Translations under genes and position numbers: made by a program
Assembly: GCA_051362555.1 (NCBI GenBank)
Contig: CM120644.1
Coordinates: 13,414,567-13,478,566, forward strand
Source of the DNA: Lingula anatina
Taxonomy: Eukaryota; Animalia; Brachiopoda
Direction of reading: 5' to 3'
Length of the DNA stretch: 64,000 bases
The notes under the pieces: model-generated
Database searches by the model: none
What the model was told of the DNA's origin: nothing
What the model saw: the letters and a program-made list of their open reading frames with translations, nothing else
In this document: positions 1-13,872 of the stretch, in pieces
Layout of the letters: every line of letters starts with the position of its first letter
Numbering within the stretch: the first letter of the stretch is position 1

Positions 1-1846
1 CATTCGGTCTCCTGGTTCTCAGCAAGAGGCCACTGTTTGACCCGGAAGTAATAAATTTCCACTATGGGACTTCTGTTTTAGTTGCGAGAGGATACATTCG
101 GGCGAAGGTGGGCAATGGGTTATTCACTCTTATGTTACGTTATTCTATTTTTTTCCATTTTTTAATTTTATTCTTAATTTCATTATTTATGTATTTTATG
201 ACTGTCTTTGTTGAAGTTTTAATTGAATTAATTTAATTGCTCTTTTATCTGTCTATTACTGAGAATTGAATGGGTTTAATCATTATTTCATTTAGGTAAG
301 TATTTTCAAAAAAGGTCGATTATCTATCCTAGAAGGAAAATGCATTTAAGGGGGCACAGCGATCTAAGATCTAAAGTTCATTAAGGAGCTGAGCCTGACA
401 TTAAAATCCTTTGAAACAAAATGGATTTTTTTTCTTTTTTTTTTTTTTTTTTTTTTTTTTTGTGAAATATCACCCATTAATCTCCACGTGTATTACTGTT
501 TTCTCTCTAGGTACAAAACTTCCACTATTTTTGTACTCACATCACACCTGGTTTTGGCAACGCAACCTATCGGGAAGGTAAGAATGATTTTTGTCATCAA
601 TATTGGTAATCAGTTCTGACCACTAATTGATGACAGCTCATCTAAAAGTCTTCAACCTGGTTTGCTAGTCTTTGTATCGGTATTAGACTACCGGTATGAT
701 AACTACCTGTGAACATGGACATAATAAGAGAAGGTCTTATTATGTCCATGCTGTGAACCACCGGTGTGTTACAAAAGCTTACAAACACTTACATAGTACG
801 GAGGCAACCCAAACCGAGCTAATATTGGATCACGGTGTGTAAGGTTTTGAAAATTAAATCTTGATTTTATTCTCTTTTTTTTTTCACTCTATTTATCGAA
901 ATCCCTTTATTTTTCAGTTGGGCCTTTCAACACTTACAAGGAACAAGCGTTGTACGAGACCGGCACTTTACTGAACGCTGCCAGTCTCCATCTGCCCAAT
1001 GTTATACTGGCCGGTGACTTCAACGCTGGACTCTCCATCCCCGAGCGCAACTTGTCCAGTTACAACCCAAATCTGTACAAACTGCTTGCCCAGAATTACC
1101 GTTCGCCGTACCTCCGCCGCGGTGACACTTGCACTTATTGCCGGACAACTGGGCTTGAGTCTTACGGGGCGGAAAACATGGCGATCGACCACGTGTTTGT
1201 ACCCAAGTCCCTGTTATGGTCGACTCAAGGTGCCTTTAGGTTTACAGTTAAGGTAGGTAATTCTTAACAGCAACAATAAAAATAAATAAATAAAATAAAA
1301 TAAAACTTGGCATTAAGTCATTTTGCCTTCAGCAGGGTATATTACATGTATATTATTAGTAAGATAATAAATTGAATTTATATAGACCACGTGCTACTAT
1401 TTATTTCATTAATTAATTATTTTACTTAAATGTTGCTATGCCACACTTAATGTGCTGGATATCTTACTATATCAGTGTTTCAATAGTTCCTGCAATGACC
1501 CAAATCAGTTCTCACAAGCGCTATTTTAAACCATTCTGCCATGTCATCAGAGTAATGCATCGGCAAGTACACGAATTATCAAGAACAATATTCATCTTCC
1601 CAGATCACAGATTTATTTTCCTGATATCTCAAATGTATCAAAACATTGAACTCGCTTCTCCCTACACTCCATTGTTATCATTCTCACAGCTTTTGGTTTT
1701 ATTTCCCGATATTTCAGAGAGTATCAAGAGTATTGGACTCGCCTCTCCCTGATCGGGACTATCCTCTCTCCGACCACTATGGTGTTTCTGTGATTATCCA
1801 GCGATGTGCCTGCTTCTTGTGGTGGTGGCCATGGAGTAGATGCTGA
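1..1846 (+). CDS. EEP-family (endonuclease/exonuclease/phosphatase) gene A, last 4 coding exons; 5' part lies outside the window
   Basis: GT-AG exons <1-107, 511-577, 918-1252 and 1718-1846 splice in frame: ...FGLLVLSKRPL..RGYIRAK/VQNFHYFCTHITPG../VGPF..VILAGDFNAG..CTYC..IDHVFVP../RVSRVLDSPLPDRDYPLSDHYGVSVIIQRCACFLWWWPWSRC*. It has the EEP motifs TH, GDFN, IDH and SDH, and the same intron positions and phases as gene B. Confidence 0.9.
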
Positions 1847-1933
1847 ACTACCAGTCATCAAATTGAACGTTCAGCAGAAACCGACTTTGTAAACGGAGCG
1901 TCAACTCCTCAAAATTATACTTTTATTTTTGAT

Positions 1934-1939
1934 AATAAA
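1934..1939 (+). promoter_or_regulatory. Putative polyadenylation signal of gene A
   Basis: AATAAA ~90 nt after the gene A stop codon. Confidence 0.45.
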
Positions 1940-2752
1940 GACTGAAGGGGTGGGGTTGGGGGGGGGGGGGCGTTGACTGAAATCTTTTCATTTTTTATCT
2001 AAAATTTCAACATTAATCACCACAAAGACTTTATGTGTTGTTTCTGAGCAACGGGTTTGTTATACTAGCATGTCTCCTATTTGGAATTGCAGTTTTGACG
2101 ATGTATCTACATGTATAGCGTTTTATTCGGCTGCATTAAACCAAATAATTCTTTTTGAGGAAGGGGTTTAAAATGTGTAATAATATATATATAACTGATT
2201 CAGCAACATGGCTGTCGTGTAATTTAAACAATCCAAGAGACACAATAAACAAGAAGGTAAACTTATATGTATATACATGTAAAGTTATTGTAAGAAAGCT
2301 TTTGCACAAAATTTTCACTGTTCTGCGGTTCTTTCATCTTACCACATCTTTCTTATCTATAAACAGGACTGGTAGTAACATGTACAAAGCCAAAAGCGGG
2401 TGAATTTTAGAAGCAAAATGATCAAATTAATAAATATCGTTCGTACTTTCTATACTTTATTTGGTACTTTCCCTAATGGAAATACCTCCTTACTCATACC
2501 AAGGAGTTATAACATAACTCCTTGCTCATACACACATAATTTATTATAATATATTTTATACCGGGATACTCTTTTAACTGATCTTGACAGTTCCGTTATC
2601 CCTATTCAGGTCTATGCCAAAAATTGCGTGTTGGGGGTGGTCGGCTCATGTCCTAGTTAGATTCCACTTTACCAAAATTACACGATTCAGAGCTGGCCCT
2701 CTGAGGACGTGTGTTTTGACAGCGCCCCTTGCAGAGTTGAGAGCGGCTCTAA

Positions 2753-2967
2753 CACCCCATTTCCATAGATTAGATCGACCTACTTTAGATCGACCTAACT
2801 CCCTGGGGGTTCACGCTAAATAGCTGTCAGCCGGGCGGACACGAAAGTTAATTATCCCCTTACAGCTTGTAGTAGGCGGGACGGACATTTAAGTCGGATT
2901 ATCTGAAAGTAATCTAGTGAGACTCCCCGCGGGGATAGATCGATCTAAAATCTATGGGAATAGAGCC
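2753..2967. mobile_element. ~215-bp MITE (PIF/Harbinger-like, TAA/TTA flanks)
   Basis: Imperfect TIRs (TTCCATAGAT...ATCTATGGGAA). A second copy lies at 62369-62583. Confidence 0.7.
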
Positions 2968-4523
2968 TTAGAGTGTGTTAGGCTGCTCGCCTTTATTACG
3001 AGAAAAGAGCGTCTCTGATAGGAAGGTAGGTGTCTCGCCTGCCTAGTATGAGATTTATAGATACCGATATATATAGGGTGCCCTGAAAAGGACATTCTGT
3101 GATTGGTACGATAGAGGCGTCTCGTCTGTCGGGGGAAAGGGGAGGGTGGACCCCAGTGTGAATATGGTACCTAAGATATGAACATCTTCAAATTTTAGTG
3201 CTCTATTTTTTTCGCAAAAAAAAAACACTAATTTAATGCATCAGACGAGTCATGCCTCGGTCATATACTGGTTATCAATAACAGACTCGTTGTAACTTGA
3301 TGCTAAAATGTCGCCCCTTTACTTCTACGGATTTTCAGAATTAAACCTCTTATTTAATTACGAGGATACATTTAAGCACGATTTTTAAAATCAGACTTTG
3401 CATTTTCTGTCTTGGTGTGAAGTAGTTCATGAATGTTATTCTACGCTTTCTCTTTTAAACAAAATATCGCAGCTGTAACGATACATTTGATCATAGACTT
3501 AGGTGAGTTCGTCTCTCCAGGTAAATAATCCAATGTGCTACTTTTTTACTGAGCTTTCAGCTACCACCAGCTCTGCCGACCTATTTCTCTCATTTCTCAT
3601 CAGGAAACTTTTTGATGACAACTCATCATCTTTATCAGTTATTGTCAGTGTTATAATTATGGTCATATAAGGCAGCAGTGTAGCATTACAAATTTACATG
3701 TCCAGAGAAATTAAAGGTAAAAAAAGTCTGATCGTCGTTATATTGGCGAGCGAATTACGAGTGAGGGACATTAGGGAAATACGGCTATTTATGATATCAA
3801 ATAAATGAAGGAAATTGTTATGGCATCTTGATCGCCCTGGTAAAGCACAAGGTTTTATATATATATATATGTTCTTGGCTTTAACAGCGCCCTGCATATA
3901 CGTTTTCTTTATTTTACAAAGTGCAGACTTGATCCCCTTTAATTCGGAATTACATATCTCCTAATGCTTATATGTATGATTAGCACTACCTAATGTAGAT
4001 TTATTTTTTGAAAGAAACAGCATTTGTCTCTGCTCCAAAGTAACCTCAAGTTATAAAAGTGTGTACAGAACTAGTAAAGTGTCCCTTCTTGTCACTGTTT
4101 TACCATCCCGAGTCTACTTGGATATTTATTTTGATAACTTTCCTATGAGATTATAGACATAATATTATACACATACGTATAACAGAAGTCTGACTGTGTT
4201 CTAAAACTTTACCCACATAACAGCTGATGGCTTAGCTAGAAGTGAAAATGCTTGTTCTTTATTGATACATACTGGCTCTTTTAATGGCATTATCTTTCTG
4301 ATTGGATTAAAAAGGTACTATATGTTTATCGCATATGTAACGCAGCTAGATTTACTACAGAGGGAATATATTAATATATCAAACGGGATTTTATTATTGC
4401 CATCTGCTTGAGCTCTCACGTGAGCTGCGAGATTTTCACGGAGATTTTCTCTGCTGTTTCATTTCCACGAGCTCACAGATTGCCCGGGGTGCGGACAGAA
4501 CGCATGACAGCTGTGACACAGAG

Positions 4524-7187
4524 ATGAAGATGATTTTCAGATGTTATTTTGTGCTGTTTGCAATATGTTTCGGAGGTGGCGTTCTTTCGGCAAGGTACAG
4601 CACATTTGAATTCATTTTGTCTTCTTCTGTTCTTATAAATGAATAGCATTATCATATATTCGAGTTGCATACATATGTTACAGTACATATATGTGTATGT
4701 GCACGTCGATGCCATTCATTCTGGTACATGTATTGAGCATAATCGTGCTTTTTTACACGGGCCATAACAAATTAAAACTATTGAAACATTTTATGTCGAG
4801 CAATTAAGCTTAGAAATTAGTATTTTTAATTTTACATGGATATATACATGCACGTGTGCCATCTGTCTGTATATATATTGGCACGCTTGCTTTATGCTTA
4901 CTTATGAAAAATCAACTTTATTTTTAAAACATTAAGTTAACAAATAGTCGCTTTTCATGTTTCTGGGCTTTTATCTGAACTGGGCGTTTCAATCTGAAGA
5001 TAAGATGAGTAGCTCTGAAGTTACAGTTATGCACAGCGTAGAGTAAGGAGTAAAACCTTTTCCTTTTAACCTTATTTTTAGATCAAATATTCGATGGACA
5101 TCTTTTAATAAGGGACATTAGAAATAATTACTCAGGAATGGAAATCAGGACCTTTTCGATAGATACTGACGATTGTGCAAGAATGTCGTTCTTAGTATTA
5201 ACATGATTTATAAATATGTTCCCCCAATGTGTGATCACCTCTCGCTTTCATTTTTATCCTTTATTTAATGGTAGTTAAAACTTATATTCATAAAATGGTA
5301 ATGTTTTCGCATTTACAACACAAATAGCACACTTGAATCTGTTTTTTTTTTATGTGTGCATCAATTGAGAGGAGTTTCTAGGGCTAGTTTGCTTTCCAAG
5401 ATTTCGTTTTTACTTAAAAATACAACAGAATCATTTAGTTGTTAGTTGAAAATGTCATTTTAATGACATTTGTACTTTGATTAATACACAGAGTACGAAT
5501 TTAAAATACTTATAGTTAAATATTGTCATATGAATAATAATCATGTATGGTAAATCATTTACAAATTTACGAGTTACGGATCTTCGTGGACCATTTGCAC
5601 GGTATTCGCGCGCTTATTCTCGTGTTATTTTTTACTCCTCTTTCCCTTCCTTTTTGGTTTTGGGGGCATAGCATTAGTTAAATGTATTAGAAATTTTTGA
5701 GCTTGTGCGTCTTCTTGTTACTACGACGTAATTGGTCAAATACGCAAGGGGGCTGCATCGACCACCTATCCAACAGCAATATAAAAATCGGTAAAAAACG
5801 GTGGCCGTGCGAAATCATACCGAATCCTACGTATTCACGGCCTCCGTAGCCTCTACGATTTTGTCAGGCTGAAACTTTTGACAAATTTTAAAAATTGTAA
5901 GCCCGTAGGTCGCATCAATATAGGTACGGAATTGCACAATTCCCGCACGAGCACTGTACGGCAGACTTAAGCCTGGGTCCCAACTCCACGCACGATTTTC
6001 AGGACGTGCGTTTTTTTAGGTTCCTCTCGTCTGGCTGGGTCGTAGCTAGATCGTAGGGAAGAAATCAAGTAACTGGTGATTGCAATGAATTCGCAAGAAG
6101 AAAGTGCGTGGAAAGTCCGTGAGAAGCACAGCCTCCGAACGTCAGAAGTACCTCTGCGCCTGACGGGCTTTCGCACGTGTCCCGCGCGCCCCGTGCATGC
6201 AAAGTACAAGGAGTACAGGCAACGCAAAGGCAACGCAAGTAGACGTAAGACAGTCTAGCTGACTTCCTCGTTGCTCGTCCTTTGCACGGGAATCTTACGT
6301 GTTGAGATGTTTTGGGGAAGATATATGTAACAGTGCATGTTTGAGGAGATCATTATATATCCGCAGCAGTGTTCAAAGATGATGAGCCCAATCAAACCTG
6401 GTTTGTCCCCGATGCCCCTCTCCCCCTCTTGCTCGTTGTTGTCTTTTTAGGCATTTTTAAAACTTGACATCAGAGGCAGATAATGCTTTTTCGTTCATGC
6501 CCCTTCTTTTAAACTCACGGTCCGTGCGCATGGAGTGGCCACGAAGCCCGTGAGTTCCACACGGTGGGCGCGCGGAAATGCGAAGTGAGCACGTAGTGAG
6601 CAAGAAATAAGTGCGTGTATCAAGCGCCTTAACCACGTGCATCGCAAGCACCGTAGCCACCCAGGCGCAGTGGGGAAAAAAGAGTTTCCTCGGGTGTCCC
6701 GTACGACAGGCGCACGACAGGCGAACGCTACACATTCGCATGTAATACTTTTTCCCTTTTTTTTTTTTTTTTTTTTTTGAAAATTCGTAGACCGCACGTA
6801 GCGGCTGTTGATCATGTCGAAAAATTTCTGCGTGCTGTCTGCGACCTCCAAAAGTTGCACAATGGACGTGCTCCTCACGCACGAAATCCCACGTTTTCCC
6901 CAATTTTTTGGCCGTTTGACCGCACGTTGGGTTGGGACCCAGAATTAACGATGTCAAAAAAACCTTACGGACAATCATATTCGATTTCATTGCACGGCGC
7001 GCTTGACAAATGCAATCTAGCCTTAAAGAAACTACATGTAATGCCATGAAAACAGCTCCCCTCCAATACACATTTTTTTTCCTCACAGGAAGAAAATCAA
7101 AACGAAGATTTTGACATATAACGCAGGCTTGACAGAAACAGATGTACCACAGTAAGTACACGTTAATGTTGACTGATTGCAGTGAAT

Positions 7188-7234
<47 letters not shown>

Positions 7235-8991
7235 GGGGGGGGGGGGGGGATATATTCTTGTATGTTCATGTAGGATTAGTCGCCGCCAGAAACTTTTCTA
7301 ACAGTTTAATTCAACAATGAGAGCCTGTTCCTAAGTTACTTCTTTGTTTAAACTCGCTACTAATTATTATTATTATGAATTTTTTTTGCATGACTCTCAG
7401 AAGATGATATATACATATTATTACTTTTGTCATTGATTTAAAAGATAAACTGCAACTTCGTTCGCCTAGAGCATGTTTAGTCGAAATCAATTGAAATAAT
7501 GAAATAGATTTGTTTCTTCAAAATAATTTCACGTAAATTTTTTTCAGCTACCAAATTCGTCGCGAAGAGTTTCTCAGAAAGCTCACCAACAACGAGATCC
7601 CGGGACATGTCGTCTGCTTGCAAGAGATATGGAAAGCAGACGACGTGGCAGCCATCGTCCAAGCAACCAATACGACTTTCCCCTATACCTTCAGTGCTAT
7701 ACACGCGGCTGATGGCACACTGGCTCAACCTCCCTCGGTGCCTGCGTGCGAGCCTTCAAAGGTAACAATAGCACAATTTTGTGCCGACTTTTGCTGACTA
7801 AAAATTTGCCTCAAGTCCACTTTATATTTTGTGCCTAAACATTACACGATCCATCAAATTTTTGCCCGCATCTTGACATCCACGTTAGTGGATGAATATT
7901 TTTTTTTAGATATTATATTTAGATACATAATGCAATCTGCACATTCTCCCTTTTCCGAGATAACTTGAAGGTAGCTTGCTGTATAATCTGTATGTATCTG
8001 CCGTTACTGCAGGGCAATTAAAAAAAAAAATCGGGTTCTGCCCACCAAACAAACAGGTAACCAAACAACAAAGAATCACGAGTCAATCGCTTTCATTCCA
8101 GATCAACCCGATGCTGCAGTGCATACAGACCAACTGCCTCAACAGCCAGATGCCGCTCCTAGCGTGCGTTGTCATGGCGTGCAGATCAGAGGTCAGCGCT
8201 GTTCCCCAGCAGTGTCTTGACTGTCTGGCAGCCGGCATGACATATAGAGCCTCCAGTAACACCACTGCTGCAGTCATAATGGGGCGTGTGCAGGTTTGTC
8301 TGAGTACGCCGTGGCAGACGACCTATGGACTGCTAATCCTCAGTAAGATGCCGCTAGATTCAGAAGTAGTTGACTACCATCCCAATTCCTCACTTTTAAT
8401 TCCAAGGGCTTATCTCCATTCAAAAGTAAGCTTGTTTAATTTTTTCAAACTTTTTTTGTTGTTGTTGCTGTGATGCCCCCCCCCCCCCCAAAAAAAAAAA
8501 ATAATAATAAAAAAATAAAAATAAAATAAAGAAAGAAAATTAAACCATGAAATTAAGATACCTCGATTCCGACGATATATAATCGGGTTGAAGATACCCT
8601 TCCAGTCTGTTGTAAAGCTAGTCGAACAGCCACGGTAATCTCACTATTGACACTATTCATACAATATACAGTGTATGTACGTGTTCTTTTTAACAATTGC
8701 ATATTAACTGTCGGTATACTTCATTCTCTTTTTAGATTGGATCATGGCACTTTTTCTGCACTCATTTGACCGGCGAACTGAGCGACGCAGCTTATCTTGA
8801 CGGTAGGACTGAGATTTGTTTTTGTTTAAAGTTATAATAAAATTAATTCCATAATTAATTAGTTAATTTTTTTTACCAGGATGAATGACCAGTTTCGAAT
8901 ACTAGTACTGTTACTTCACACCTTTTGGCCTGTGTCATTATGTCTATGTAATTAGGATTCCCCATAGGGGAATACTATTGTTTTTGCTGTT

Positions 8992-9022
<31 letters not shown>

Positions 9023-10918
9023 TTTTTCGTCAAAAAAATTATTTTTAAAATGCTGAAAAAATTCCTGCTGATAGCCTAAAAGTTATTCCGGATTACCCAA
9101 TTTCATTGACCTTGACCTAATTTTCAAGGTCACAGAGCCTTTTAAAATGAAAACTTTGCAAATTTAAAAATGCAATATCTCCTAGAATTTTCAACATTTT
9201 GACAAATCCTTTCATATGTGAGTTTTCAAGGTCACAGGGGCATTTAACGACGAAATTTTTAAATTTTGCAATTGCAATTACGCCTTAAGTGTAAGCTACG
9301 TGGTTAAGGACCTTTTGGCAAATAATCCCCAAATATTGACCAACTTTCATACAAGTAGTTCGCTAATGGCCAAACTGCCATAAAACAGTTTATTCCCATA
9401 TCTCAAAAACCGCGAGGAAGTATAGTCTTATCTATAAAGTTAGCTGAACTTTCGTAGCGATTGCATGATACCTTTTTTAAATACAGATTTTAAAATGTTT
9501 ATGATGTTGCAGAAATCGTGACTTTGGCAATTTCTCCATGAAATACTGATTTTTTTTTTAAACATGCTATAGTAAACTATCCCAAACCTATACCCAACAT
9601 CCCCAAATCAAATGTCAAATCTGACCTTGGCCTTCAATTTAGAGGTTATTTGGACATTTCAAGGTGACATATTCACTTGGGCTAAAACTGATGTATTGTT
9701 GACCCACCTCCCCTAATCCACATACGCTCTTTCAGAATACGGGATCAGATTTAGCACATGGCCTTTTAATTGACCTTTTTCTTCAAGGTCATTCCACCCC
9801 TAGTGTGCAGGGGAATCCTCCGCCACTGGCTTCAGGCAGTTACGGTCTAGTTATATTTAATACTGATTGCCCACAAATATGTACAGGTACACATGTACAT
9901 ATCTTTGTTATTGCATGTATAACGAGCCCGGTAATTATAAACCAATGTGTTTTTTAAAAAAAGGAGTAGGCGTGTGCTATAAACAATTGTAAACGTGCAT
10001 ATTTAGCGATTCTATGTGTATTTCCCCCGTCATAATGGATATCACCACGCGCTGCTCATTGTACACTTTGCACTTGTACCGGTACGAGTTTGTGTTGAAG
10101 CATACCCTGTACGTACATGTATAGTATAATTTAAGCGACACACACAACATGTAGTGTCAGTATCACTCCTCTATCACGCCTTTCGTTGGATGGTCGAAGA
10201 TTGGCAGTGTTTTCTTAAGTTATGGCAGACTATAGTCGAACTCCTTAGCATGATATTTTGATGATTTTGGTGTTGTGAACGGTGCTTCTTTTCATTCGGC
10301 AGACATGCTAGATTCAGCACACATGGGGGAGGAGGAGACTATTCAAATTATCGTGGTTCGTCACTGTTTATAGCATGCCCACATAACCGTTATGTTTTCA
10401 GAGGGAACATGGAAATTACATTTTCACTCTCTGCAGATGCTGGCATTTTTATTAGATTAGTAATCAGATAATTTCTGGTGCTTTGACTGCTTGAAAATGG
10501 CCGATATGTCTCATTTTTTCAACTGGCGGCCATGCAATGGGTACTTTTGAGACAATACCTTAACTGAAATAATAATTACCAAATACACTGTATGTCTATT
10601 CACGTATGATAATCCTGTGGCCTATTTTATAGCAAGATAAATCCACACTGGTCCCCTAAAATAAAGAAAACATTTATCCAAAACATTATCCATGTCTTTC
10701 TTGCAATAAATGAATGATAAATATTGATCATTGTAAATAAATAATTATAAATAAAGTGGACGTGATGTTTAATATCATTCAACTACTTGTCCATTTTCCC
10801 CATTGTGAAATAGGCTCTTGCTTTTCAATTGAAAGTTTATGCCCACATACACACTATTTGGGTAAAAAGGTAGATGGCTTTTCTGCGGGTTAATGGATGC
10901 AGCTAAGAGCAGTGTAAT

Positions 10919-10968
<50 letters not shown>

Positions 10969-12127
10969 TACTGAATTCAGCGTCTCTGATATTCTCTTAA
11001 CATTATTTATTTAGACTGAAATGAGTTACTGGCTTCTTTTAATTTGACTTGATTCTAAGGTTATTATCATGTTTATGTGGTCATGGCTCTTAGATCCCGC
11101 TGCTCCCTGCAATTAAGACTGCTGTGGTTGAAAAAATATGGGTCGGGGTCAGAGAAAGGGCTCGGCTCCTATCCCTCCTCCCTGCTACTATGTTTATTAT
11201 ACGTTATTCAAAATGGGGAGCATATACCATGTCATGTAATATCTTTCTTTTCAGTTGGACCTTTCAGAACCGTAAACAAACAGAATTTGTACCAAACTGG
11301 TACTCTGCTGAAAGCTGCCAACCGGTTTTTGCCCCGTGTCGTTTTGGCTGGTGATTTCAACGTCGGGAAAGCCGTTCATGACGACAGTGTATCAAGCATG
11401 CTACTAAATTCCTACAAGCTTCTCACCCAGAACTTCGAGACTCGTTACGTGAACTGCACGTATTGTGGCACAAACCAGCTTGCTAACTCACCGAATTACA
11501 GTTTTGCTATTGACCACGTGTTTGTACCAATTTCAGATAATCCCAACACAACATTCTTTACGATCGAGGTTGGTATAAATCTCTTGCATCAGCAGAAACA
11601 AAATGAACGTATTTGAAGTAGTTATAAGATTTTTCCCGATTTTTTTATTGGTATTGAAAATATTAATATAGTTTTTATCTGCCATAACGTTGGGACCATC
11701 CTTAAACTGCCTCGTTGTCCTTAACACCCACCCTCTTGGGATATACATGTATATATAGGCACCTTGTATTTCAGAAGGGAAACCGCACTGGGGATTCTCT
11801 CATTTTCTAGCACACTTACGTTCTGGGGCACCCGTGTCTTAACGTCCATAGTTAAAGCTACTAGGACAGAAACAGTCATTGACTGCATTTTTATACCATT
11901 TTCCTCATCAAATTAAATGAAACAATATATATATCCGCCTAATAGTTGTCACTCAATTTTCCTTATTAAATGAAACTAACATTTGTTTGTACATGTATGT
12001 TAAGGTATGTATGTATTATTTTCAGTCTGCGTCGATAGAATTGGACGCCAAAGTGCCTGACCAAGATTACTGCATGTCCGACCACTTTGCATACCTAATG
12101 ACTGTTGAGGTTCGTTACACAGGCTAA
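4524..12127 (+). CDS. Secreted EEP-family protein with Cys-rich insert, gene B (7 exons, 384 aa)
   Basis: Exons 4524-4594, 7089-7151, 7548-7761, 8102-8425, 8736-8802, 11255-11568 and 12026-12127 are all GT-AG and phase-compatible, totalling 1155 nt. The N-terminus MKMIFRCYFVLFAICFGGGVLSAR is signal-peptide-like. Motifs appear in canonical EEP order: TYNAGL, VCLQEIW, GLLILSK, CTHL, GDFN, IDHVF, SDH. AATAAA overlaps the stop (12126-12131). Confidence 0.9.
5760..6980. mobile_element. Degenerate GC-richer DNA-transposon remnants (possibly Harbinger-derived) in intron 1 of gene B
   Basis: GC-richer island with an AAGCCTGGGTCCCAACT terminus-like motif. A longer version lies at ~35810-37710. No intact ORF; boundaries are approximate. 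Confidence 0.35.
8952..9851 (+). mobile_element. Helentron-associated non-autonomous element (HINE/DINE-1-like) in intron 5 of gene B
   Basis: 5' subterminal AGGATTCCCC with an adjacent partial inverted copy, a (CTT)n microsatellite, repeated GACCTTGA/TCAAGGTCA motifs, a 3' inverted GGGGAATCCT and a CTAGTT end. Confidence 0.65.
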
Positions 12128-13872
12128 TAAAGCACACCCGCCGAAGATGTATGTGCTACAAGGCCGGGCGACATGGTTCTACACACAAAATTTAAGGCAC
12201 CACCTAGAGTGTGTAAGCCTATACGCCGGTGATGCAATGAGAACCTTTCCTGTGGGGTATACCATATTATTCAGAGTTATTTTGCGATATGTTGATTTCC
12301 TCCTGTAACAATGTTTATTTACGCGGCATAATTTAAACCTAACATACGTGGTGTAAGTTGCATCTTAATATTCGCTGTATTTTCGATTATTTTGGTTTGG
12401 ATAGGAATGTATCTACTCTAGTCTAGACAGATTTTATGGGTGAACCTAGACAACATTGCAGGATTTTTTTCGCCATGCATTTCCCGGTGCCCCAAAGCGT
12501 CATACGAGAGTCCCAAGGAAGTCCTGCATGGGAAACACGAAAAACGACGGCCAACAAGCGTACAAATGTACATATGATATTGCCTCATTCCATTATTTCA
12601 GCACAATTATGCATTATAATTTTGTCTGTATGCATCGCTTTATTGTTTAAAAACATACTGATGTCGTTTTGTCAATATCAACTGACCACCAAAAGTCAGA
12701 GAAATTACAATTTGCAGCTAGTTGGCTGAAATATTGAATTATTTCACCTTTCAGGCATACTGTTGAGGTCATTACAAATCCAAGATGTTTTTCCTGTTGT
12801 AGATACCAAATTTATATGCGACTTTTGAACTTATACAAGTAGATGGTTTCACAAAATGGCCGCCATGCCTGGTAGATAAATAGAACAGCTACGGTATTTT
12901 ATATGGACATTTTTCACAACATTTTTTTTTTGAAGATTATGAATCTCAATTTAAGGTAAACATTTTGAACTAAATTTTAAAGTGGTAATTCAAAGCCAGA
13001 GAATAATATTTTAATCAAATTTGCTCTTAATATTGAGACATACCCCCGTAGTATACTCCATTCTTAGATTGAACGACACACACGGTTTTGTTTTGATATA
13101 AAGGCATTTAATGAAGTAAGTTATGCATTTTAACTAAAGGAAATTTACAAAACAATGGTAATTGGCGGCAATTTTGGAATTTTCATGTTTCCTATAGAGG
13201 GATTCAACTGGGCTAGGCTTTATTATGTTGATTGGGAGGCTTCAGGGTGATGCAAGGTGAAAAGATATATTCTGTTACAATTTTGTACAGGTCAAACAGT
13301 ATTTTGGCTGAACTAATCATTGTGGTGGTCATTGTGGATTAATAAATATGGTGATTAGAAAAAAAAGCATTTTATTTGGTCATTTCGACAACAAAAAAGT
13401 AATTATGAAAATCAGAATAGCTGGCGCATTTTATGCATTTATCTTTCGGGTGAATAAATCAATTTTCTCAGTTTGAAGATTGATGTTGTCTACTTTAATA
13501 TTCTTAAAGAAACAAAAAAATGACTTCAGTTGCTTTGATGTCGACGAGATGATGCCATCGTTTGTCCTTTTGCAGATACAGTACATTCCGCTTATGCAAT
13601 TGGTCGCAGGGAGGATTTATAAATTACTGCAATTTTCTGGCCCAGACATTACCCAAATAATATTATTCAACACTATTCAATAAAATCTACTAAATTCATT
13701 TCATTTATAAAAGTGACCTTACAAATTTCGAGGATCATACTTGTATTTAACAAAATGTTCTTTTTTAACGCTTTCGAGTGAGTAAACGAGGAGATAAATA
13801 TTGGTGTTTGGCCTTGTCCGAAACCTCGCAGACGTTAAATCTTTTAGGTAACAGTAAAATCTGTAAATATTT

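Noticed and set aside
918-1252. EEP motifs as a LINE retrotransposon endonuclease
   Set aside because: The genes have spliceosomal introns at shared positions and a signal peptide (B, B'), and stop right after SDH with no reverse transcriptase.
5005-5045. Alternative first coding exon for gene B (ATGAGTAGC...GA|GTAAG)
   Set aside because: Both ATGs are lost in copy 2 and it lacks signal-peptide character. Exon 4524-4594 fits better.
6457-7269. 270-aa minus-strand ORF
   Set aside because: It is built from poly-T/poly-G runs and TE remnants, lies antisense to exon 2 of gene B, and is not preserved in copy 2.
11077-11254. 5' extensions of ORFs 11077-11616, 7976-8473 and 43432-43923
   Set aside because: These are intronic read-through. 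The real exons begin at the AG acceptors 11255, 8102 and 43562, and the 11077 and 43432 extensions are in different frames.
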